Origin: an uncultured beta proteobacterium
GTDB taxonomy: Bacteria > Pseudomonadota > Gammaproteobacteria > Burkholderiales > Casimicrobiaceae
Direction of reading: 5' to 3'
Assembly (NCBI GenBank): GCA_963699765.1
Contig: CAVOVD010000007.1
Span: 217,894 to 281,893, forward strand
DNA: 64,000 bases
Under the pieces are notes generated by a model. That model was not told where the DNA came from. It made no database searches and was given only the letters and a program-made list of their open reading frames with translations. This document shows positions 57,050 to 64,000 of this stretch, piece after piece. The stretch's first letter is position 1; the number at the start of each line of letters is the position of its first letter. Position numbers and translations under genes: made by a program.

Positions 57050-58294
57050 TCAATAGACCGGAAACTTGCTGGTCAGCTTGGCCACGCCGGCCCGGGCCTG
57101 CCCGAGCGCGTGCTCGTCTGCCGGCGCGTCGAGCACGTCGGCGATCAGATGCGCCAGTCGTTCGCATTCATGCTCGCGGAAGCCCCGGGTCGTCGACGCC
57201 GGGCTGCCGATGCGGATGCCGGAGGTCACGAACGGCTTCTCCGGATCGTTCGGGATCGAGTTCTTGTTGACGGTGATGTGCGCCTTCGAGAGCGCGGCCT
57301 CGGCGTCCTTGCCGGTGATGTTCTTGCCGCGCAGGTCGACCAGGAACATGTGGCAGTCGGTGCCGCCGGAGACGATCCGCAGGCCGCGATCGGCCAGCAC
57401 CGTCGCCATCACCCGGGCGTTGGTGATCACCTGCTCCTGATAGACCTTGAAGTCGTGGTGCAGCGCTTCGCCGAACGCGACCGCCTTGGCGGCAATGACG
57501 TGCATCAGCGGACCGCCCTGGAGCCCGGGGAACACCGCCGAATTGATCGCCTTTTCATGTTCGCTGGTGGTGAGAATCAGGCCGCCGCGGGGTCCGCGCA
57601 GCGTCTTGTGCGTGGTGCTGGTCACGTAATCGGCCACGCCGACCGGCGACGGATACAGACCGGCCGCGATCAGTCCGGCGTAATGCGCCATGTCCACCAT
57701 CAGCCGCGCGCCGACGGCATCGGCGATTTCCCGGAAACGCACCCAGTCGATGACCCGAGAATAGGCGGACGCGCCGGCGACGATCAGCTTGGGCTGGTGT
57801 TCGCGGGCCAGCTGCAGCGCGGCGTCGTAGTCGATCTGTTCGGTCTCCGGATCGAGCCCGTAGGCGGCGACGCGAAACCACTTGCCCGATATGTTGACCG
57901 GCGAGCCGTGGGTCAGATGGCCGCCGTGCGGCAGGCTCATGCCGAGGATGGTGTCGCCCGGCTGGAGCGCGGCGAAGAACACCGCCTGGTTGGCCTGGGA
58001 CCCGGAATGGGGCTGGACATTGGCGGCGTCGGCCTTGAACAGCTGCTTGACGCGCTCGATGGCCAGCGTCTCGGCAACGTCGACGTACTCGCAGCCCCCG
58101 TAATAGCGCTTGCCCGGATAACCCTCCGCATACTTGTTGGTCAGCTGCGTTCCCTGCGCCTGCATGACCGCGGGACTGGCGTAATTTTCCGAAGCGATGA
58201 GCTCGATATGGTCTTCCTGGCGCCGGTTCTCGGCGGCGACGGCATTCCACAATTCGGGGTCGGCATTGGCGAGCGTGGTTGAACGGCTGAACAT
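57050..58294 (-). CDS. glyA: Serine hydroxymethyltransferase
   Basis: [43 protein letters not shown]. Confidence 0.98.
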   Translation of the reverse strand: MFSRSTTLANADPELWNAVAAENRRQEDHIELIASENYASPAVMQAQGTQLTNKYAEGYPGKRYYGGCEYVDVAETLAIERVKQLFKADAANVQPHSGSQANQAVFFAALQPGDTILGMSLPHGGHLTHGSPVNISGKWFRVAAYGLDPETEQIDYDAALQLAREHQPKLIVAGASAYSRVIDWVRFREIADAVGARLMVDMAHYAGLIAAGLYPSPVGVADYVTSTTHKTLRGPRGGLILTTSEHEKAINSAVFPGLQGGPLMHVIAAKAVAFGEALHHDFKVYQEQVITNARVMATVLADRGLRIVSGGTDCHMFLVDLRGKNITGKDAEAALSKAHITVNKNSIPNDPEKPFVTSGIRIGSPASTTRGFREHECERLAHLIADVLDAPADEHALGQARAGVAKLTSKFPVY

Positions 58295-58326
58295 GGAGAA
58301 CCTGCCGGGGGCGCGGGAAACGGCGC

Positions 58327-58400
58327 ATTTTAGCATCCGCGACCGTACCGCTCCATGAATCCCCACAAGGCGGCCCGAAAGCGGCAAACGCACTTATAAT
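58327..58400. promoter_or_regulatory. Divergent -10 elements for glyA (TGCTAAAAT, minus strand) and dctQ (TATAAT, plus strand)
   Basis: ATTTTAGCA at 58327-58335; TATAAT at 58395-58400. Confidence 0.5.
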
Positions 58401-58496
58401 CCGCGGATCCTTGCACGGCGCCCTGCCCCGCAGACTCCCGATCCCGGACGAACGAGCGGATGGCGCCGCCGCCGGCAGCCTTGCCTGGAGACGCTC

Positions 58497-59096
58497 TTGA
58501 ACGCACTGCTCGCCCTCTCCCGCGCCATCGACGCGCTCAACGCCCGCGTCGGCAGGGCGGTCTACTGGCTGGTCCTGGTCGCCGTCGTCATCAGCGCGTC
58601 CAACGCCATCATCCGCAAGGCCTTCGACATGAGCAGCAACGCCTTTCTCGAGGTGCAGTGGTACCTGTTCTCGGCGGTCTTTCTGCTTTGCGGCGGCTAC
58701 ACGCTGCTGCGCAACGAGCACATCCGGATCGACGTCGTCGTCGGCCGGTTTTCCCGGCGCGTCCATGCGTGGATCGACGTGTTCGGGACGCTGTTGTTCC
58801 TGCTGCCGCTGGTGGCGCTGATGCTCTATGAATCCTGGCCGTGGTTCCTGCGGGCCTGGGAGAGCGGCGAGGTCTCCTCCAATGCCGGCGGGCTGATCCT
58901 CTGGCCGGCCAAGGTGCTGGTCCCGGTCGGTTTCGCGCTGCTGGGCCTGCAGGGCATCTCCGAGCTGATCAAGCGGGTCGCCTTTCTCAAGGGCCTGATT
59001 CCCGACCCGAGCGAGAAGGTGGACAAGAAGACCGCCGAAGAGGAGCTTGCCGAGGAAATCCTGCGCGAGCGCGCCGCACGGGAGCGTTCGGCATGA
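58497..59096 (+). CDS. dctQ: TRAP transporter small permease DctQ
   Basis: SNAFLEVQWYLF, GYTL..NEHIRID, four TM segments; TTG start after GGAG. Confidence 0.92.
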   Translation: MNALLALSRAIDALNARVGRAVYWLVLVAVVISASNAIIRKAFDMSSNAFLEVQWYLFSAVFLLCGGYTLLRNEHIRIDVVVGRFSRRVHAWIDVFGTLLFLLPLVALMLYESWPWFLRAWESGEVSSNAGGLILWPAKVLVPVGFALLGLQGISELIKRVAFLKGLIPDPSEKVDKKTAEEELAEEILRERAARERSA

Positions 59097-59183
59097 GCGG
59101 CGCCGGGAGGTCCCAAATCGCGAATTGCACCCCCTCCGGGGGCAGCGCAGCGGCGCCTGCCGCAAGCGTGGGGGGCGCCATGA
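59093..59183 (+). repeat. 87-bp structured in-frame junction element flanked by ATGA (candidate MITE/REP-like insertion)
   Basis: ATGA at 59093 and 59180, GGCGCC near both ends, internal hairpins CCCCC-TCC-GGGGG and GCGGC-GCCT-GCCGC. Single copy in the window. Confidence 0.5.
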
Positions 59184-60971
59184 CCGCATTCCTGATCGCC
59201 AACATGGCGCCGCTGATGTTCGCGGCGCTGGTCGTCTTCCTGCTGCTGGGCTATCCGGTCGCCTTCGCGCTGGCCGCCAACGGCATCGTGTTCGGCCTGC
59301 TCGGCATCGAGCTGGGACTGCTCTCGCCCGGCGCTGTTCGGCGCGCTGCCCGAACGGCTCTGGGGCGTCATGGCCAACGACACGCTGCTGGCCATTCCCT
59401 TCTTCACCTTCATGGGACTGATCCTCGAGCGCAGCGGCATGGCCGAGGACCTGCTCGACACCATCGGCCAGCTGTTCGGGCCGGTGCGCGGCGGCCTCGC
59501 CTACGCCGTCATCTTCGTCGGCGCGCTGCTCGCCGCGACCACCGGCGTGGTGGCCGCATCGGTGATCTCGATGGGCCTCATTTCGCTGCCGATCATGCTG
59601 CGCTACGGCTACGACCGCCGCTTTGCCGCCGGGTCGATCGCCGCCTCGGGCACGCTGGCGCAGATCATCCCGCCGTCGCTGGTGCTCATCGTCATGGCCG
59701 ACCAGCTGGGCCGCTCGGTCGGCGACATGTATGCCGGCGCCTTCATTCCGGGCATCGTGCTCGCCGGGCTCTATGCCGGCTACATCGTTGCTGATTTCCT
59801 TCATCAAGCCGAACTGGGTGCCGGCGCTGCCGCCGGAGGCGCGCACGATGCGCGAACCGGACGGCTCTCCGGGAACGCGGTCGCTGCTGGTGCTGTTCGT
59901 GCTGTCGGCGGCTGCGGGTATCGCCTGGTGGCACCTGTACTTCAACCGGCTGCACCCGCAGACGCTGATCGACGTGCGCCTGGTGATCTGCGTGTCGGTG
60001 GCCACGGCGGTCGCCTTCGGCGCGGCCGTGATCAACAAGCTGCTGAAGATGGGGCTGCTGTCGCAGCTGGCCGAGCGGGTGATGTTCGTGCTGATCCCGC
60101 CGCTGGCGCTGATCTTCCTGGTGCTGGGCACCATCTTCCTCGGCGTGGCCACGCCCACCGAGGGCGGCGCCATGGGCGCGACCGGTGCGCTGATCATGGC
60201 GGTCGGTCGCCGGCGGCTGACCTGGAAGCTGCTCCGCCAGGCGCATGGACGCCACCGCCAAGCTGACCACCTTCGTCGTGTTCATCCTGATCGGCGCGCG
60301 GGTGTTCAGCCTGACCTTCTACGGCGTCAACGGCCACGTCTGGGTCGAGCACCTGCTGATCGGGCTGCCCGGCGGCCAGCTGGGCTTCCTGATCGTCGTC
60401 AACATCCTGGTGTTCGTGCTGGCGTTCTTCCTCGACTTCTTCGAGCTGGCGTTCATCATCGTGCCGCTGCTCGGGCCCGGTGGCCGACAAGCTCGGCATC
60501 GACCTGATCTGGTTCGGCGTGCTGCTGGGCGTCAACATGCAGACCTCGTTCATGCATCCGCCCTTCGGCTTCGCGCTGTTCTACCTGCGCAGCGTCGCGC
60601 CGGCGAAGGAGTACATCGACAAGCTCACCGGCAAGCTGATGGCGCCGGTGACCACCATGCAGATCTACTGGGGCGCGGTGCCCTATGTGGGAATCCAGAT
60701 CATCATGATCGCGCTGGTCATCCTGTTCCCGCAGATGGTGATGGTCTACAAGAGCGACGCCCCGACGCTCGACCCCTCCAAGGTCAAGATCGAGATTCCC
60801 TCCATGTACCAGGGCGCGCAGCCGTTCAGGTATCCGGGACAGGAAGTCCTGCCCGCGGCGCCCGCCGACGGCGCGACGAAGAGCGCCGATCCGCTGGAGC
60901 AGATGCTCAAGGAGCAGCAGCAGGAAAGCGACAAGGCGGGCAAGGAACTGCAGGACGCGTTCAAGAAATAG
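59180..60971 (+). CDS. dctM: TRAP transporter large permease DctM; about 4 frameshifts
   Basis: [57 protein letters not shown] across frames. Confidence 0.9.
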
Positions 60972-61017
60972 CGCGATGCCCGGCGGACGCGCCCGGCGCA
61001 GGCGCGAGCCGGGCAAA

Positions 61018-61046
61018 GAAAAAGCCCCGCAGCGCGGGGCTTTTTC
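61018..61046. terminator. Bidirectional Rho-independent terminator between convergent dctM and dctP
   Basis: GAAAAAGCCCCGC-AGC-GCGGGGCTTTTTC. Confidence 0.88.
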
Positions 61047-61064
61047 GCGAGCAGCGGAAGGCGC

Positions 61065-62169
61065 CTATTTCTTCGCGCGCCCGTGTCGGGACCGACCGAC
61101 GCCATGTAGTTGTCGTAGGTGTTCTCGGTCGACGCGGAACCAGAGGATCTGTTCCTTCTGGAACGCCGACAGGTTGTCCCACAGCTTCTTGAAGTTGGCG
61201 TTCTTCGCCGAGGTCTCGGCGTAGAGCTCCATCGCCGCGCCATAGCAGGCATCCATCACCGGCTTCGGGAACGGGCGCAGTTGCGTGCCGCCGGCAACCA
61301 GCTTGCGCAGCGCGCCCGGATTCTGCGCGTCGTACTTGGCCATCATCCAGGTGTTGCCTTCGGCGCAGCCCGCGCGCAGCGCGGCCCTGTACTCGGGCGG
61401 CAGCTCATTGTACTTGGCGGTGTTGGTGAAGACCTGCAGCGCCGGTCCGCCTTCCCACCAGCCCGGATAGTAGTAGTACTGGGCGACCTTGTTGAAGCCG
61501 AGCTTCTCGTCGTCGTAGGGACCGACCCACTCCGCGGCGTCGATCGTGCCTTTTTCCAGCGACGGGTAGATGTCGCCGCCGGCGATCTGCTGCGGCACGA
61601 CGCCGAGCTTGGTCAGCACCTGGCCGGCAAAGCCGCCGATGCGGAACTTGAGGCCCTTCAGGTCGGCGACCGTCTTGATTTCCTTGCGGTACCAGCCGCC
61701 CATCTGCGCGCCGGTGTTGCCGCAGAGGATGCCGGTGATGCCGTAGGTCTTGAGGAACTCGTTGAACAGCGTCTCGCCGCCGCCGAAGATACCACCAGGC
61801 GTCGAACTGGCGCTGGTTGAGGCCGAAGGGGATGGCCGTGCCGAACGCGAACGTCGGATCCTTGCCGATGTAGTAGTACGGCGCCGTGTGGCCGCACTCG
61901 ACGGTGCCGTTCTGCACGGCGTCGGCGACCTGCAGACCCGGGACGATTTCGCCGCCGGCGAAGACCTGGATCTGGAACTTGCCGCCGGTGATGTCGCTGA
62001 CCGTCTTGGCCATGGTCTCGCCGGCGCCGAAGATGGTGTCCAGCGACTTGGGAAAGCTCGACGCGCAGCGCCACTTGACGGTCGGCGCGGCCTGCGCAAA
62101 CGCCGGCGCGCTGCCGGCGGCGAGGATTCCGGCCATGCCGGAATGCTTGAGAAAATTGCGACGTTCCAT
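61065..62169 (-). CDS. dctP: TRAP solute-binding protein (TakP-type, Tat signal); frameshifts near 61790 and 61130
   Basis: MERRNFLK Tat motif, W...SSFPKSLD, GNTGAQMGGW, DLKGLKFRI, GTIDAAEWVGPYDD, YYYPGWWE. 3' end approximate. Confidence 0.9.
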
Positions 62170-62341
62170 CGACGACTCCTCCTTGAATGCCGGCGTCTTC
62201 GCCGACGTTGAACACGGAACCGACCCGCGCAACCTGCCATGCTTGCGCCGGCGGCCTGGCCCGAATCGGGTCAACGCGGCAGTTTAGCGGAAATCTCCAC
62301 CCGGGGTGCGCGAAGCGGGCCCCACCCGACCGGCGCGGCGC

Positions 62342-63973
62342 CTACCCGGACAGCTTGCGCACGGCGTTGAACAGCGCCCAGGACCAGCCCGCCTGGCGCT
62401 CCAGCGTCTGCGACAACCGGATCAGGTAACGCGCGTTGCCGGTGTCGAGTTCGACCATGCCGCCGGGAATGAACTTGTCGTCCGGGCCGATCAGGCTGCG
62501 CTGCGTCGACTGCCGGTTGTCCGGATGCGCCGGCAGGTAGATGCCGAAGAACGGCCGCTCGGCATGGCCCTTGCCGCTGTCGCTGGGCGATACCCAGCTG
62601 CGCATCAGCACCCGGACCATTCGGCGGGCGATGATCTCCACCCCCACCGTGACCTCGTCGACCTGCTGGCGCTGCATCCGCCGCATCACCGCGAGCATCC
62701 AGTGTTCGCCCTCCTTGATGGCCAGCAGCTCGCCCAGACGCGATGGCGCATCCCTGGCCGGCGCCAGCAAGCGGCAACCGGTGTCGCTGCGGTCGGACAT
62801 CCGCCACATGTTGCCGCGAATCCGGCGCAGTACCGATTCCGGGTTGGCGTTGGGATTGACGATCTGCGTGACTTCGTCGTAGCTCGCCGCCACCCCCGGG
62901 GTGCGCGCCTGCTCCGGCAGGCGCTCGATCTCGGCGATGGCTCGGGTCAGCGCCTGCAGGCCAACGACCACCCGGACCTCGCCGTCGGTGGCGTAGCGCT
63001 GGGCGCGCGGGGCCTGCGCGATCGCCTCGGGGCCGAACAGCGACGCGAGGCGCATCAGCAACAGGCGCTGTTCGCGCGCCGGCAGGTCGCCGGGCTTGGG
63101 CGACTCCTCCTCGTTTTCCGGCAGCCAGCGCATGCGCTCGACGATGCGCGCGTATACCGGGGCGGCGTCCAGGAACAGCACCCGGCCGCCGGTCTGCAGC
63201 CGATCGCGCCGGCGCAGTCCCGAGGTTCCGGTGAGATCGACGAAAAACGCCGCGCCTTCCGCCGGGGGCGGGATCAGCGCCAGCGTCGGCGTCCAGTCCT
63301 CGAGCTGACGCGCGACCCACTCGACCTGATCCGGCGTGAAGTTGCCCGAATCCAGCCGCATCAGCAGCAGCGTCTTCAGGTACTCCTGCTCGAAGGACAC
63401 GCCGGGCTTGGAAAACGCCCCCACGCCGAAGACGAGCTGTTCGCGCTGCCAGCCGCGCATGCGGGCGAATTCGTAGAGCTCGTGGAAGTCGCGCCATTGC
63501 GCCGGGATCCAGTGGCTGTAGCGAAACAGCCGGAACTTGCCGTCGAGACCGCGATAGTGGGCGAGGCGCACGATCACCCAGGGCAGGATCGCCCGCCAGC
63601 GCTTGTTGTCGGCGCGCGGGTAGCCGGCCTTGAGCGCAGCCTGATAGGAGGCGATGAACGCCTTGACCAGGTCGAACACCGAATGCCACAGCCGGGTCTC
63701 GACCATGGTGCTCTTCTGGTAGGTCTGCACGTACTGCTGGGTGAACTGGGCGATCAGCGGCTCCATCCGCCCGTCGATGCGCAGCAGCGCCTCGACCTGC
63801 GCGGGTCCTGCCTCCTTGCGCGCTCCGGGAAAACTGCCGACGAGTTCCAGCGCTTCCTTCTGCAGGTTCACCGGATCGCTTGCCGGCAGCTGCCCGATCC
63901 AGCGCGCGGCACTCGCGGCGCTGGACAAGGGGTCGGACATGACCCGGAACCAGTTGACGACAGGCTCGAACAT
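62342..63973 (-). CDS. Conserved protein with C-terminal atypical PilZ-like motifs (FimW-like); the start may lie further upstream
   Basis: About 545 aa with a helical N-terminus, PRAQR...VVVGL, and DRSDTG (D/NxSxxG). The frame is open to the window edge. Confidence 0.6.
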   Translation of the reverse strand: MFEPVVNWFRVMSDPLSSAASAARWIGQLPASDPVNLQKEALELVGSFPGARKEAGPAQVEALLRIDGRMEPLIAQFTQQYVQTYQKSTMVETRLWHSVFDLVKAFIASYQAALKAGYPRADNKRWRAILPWVIVRLAHYRGLDGKFRLFRYSHWIPAQWRDFHELYEFARMRGWQREQLVFGVGAFSKPGVSFEQEYLKTLLLMRLDSGNFTPDQVEWVARQLEDWTPTLALIPPPAEGAAFFVDLTGTSGLRRRDRLQTGGRVLFLDAAPVYARIVERMRWLPENEEESPKPGDLPAREQRLLLMRLASLFGPEAIAQAPRAQRYATDGEVRVVVGLQALTRAIAEIERLPEQARTPGVAASYDEVTQIVNPNANPESVLRRIRGNMWRMSDRSDTGCRLLAPARDAPSRLGELLAIKEGEHWMLAVMRRMQRQQVDEVTVGVEIIARRMVRVLMRSWVSPSDSGKGHAERPFFGIYLPAHPDNRQSTQRSLIGPDDKFIPGGMVELDTGNARYLIRLSQTLERQAGWSWALFNAVRKLSG

Positions 63974-64000
63974 CGCGATGGCGGCCGGCACCGGAGTCAG

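Overview
GC-rich chromosomal window, most likely from a betaproteobacterium (inferred from gene content and gene order). No rRNA, tRNA, CRISPR array, transposase or phage gene was seen. Order along the window: glcD (partial), CoA-transferase, a small catabolic/transport block, argE plus an M14 deacylase, comEC, a DUF6152/DUF6644-like pair, the housekeeping run ribBA-ribH-nusB-thiL-pgpA-GNAT-cinA-ptp-recA-recX-alaS, a TetR/RND pump, an aminobenzoyl/salicylyl-CoA (abm-like) catabolic cluster with gcdH-maiA-FAH, a type IV minor-pilin operon with a large Cys-rich PilY1, tonB-like, mmsA, glyA-nrdR-ribD-ribE, a TRAP transporter and a FimW-like PilZ protein. About a dozen genes carry small indel frameshifts, including ribBA; these are most simply read as long-read errors. 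Most notable signals: (1) three tandem 23-bp RBS+ATG modules that create two translationally coupled 8-codon uORFs ahead of a putative metal-binding periplasmic/membrane protein pair; (2) a non-canonical GAAC-N4-GTTC SOS box in the recA promoter; (3) an 87-bp in-frame element flanked by ATGA at the dctQ/dctM junction; (4) a 41-aa membrane ORF between nusB and thiL; (5) an internally duplicated unknown protein coupled to an orphan DctP. All family assignments come from motif recognition by eye; no searches were run.
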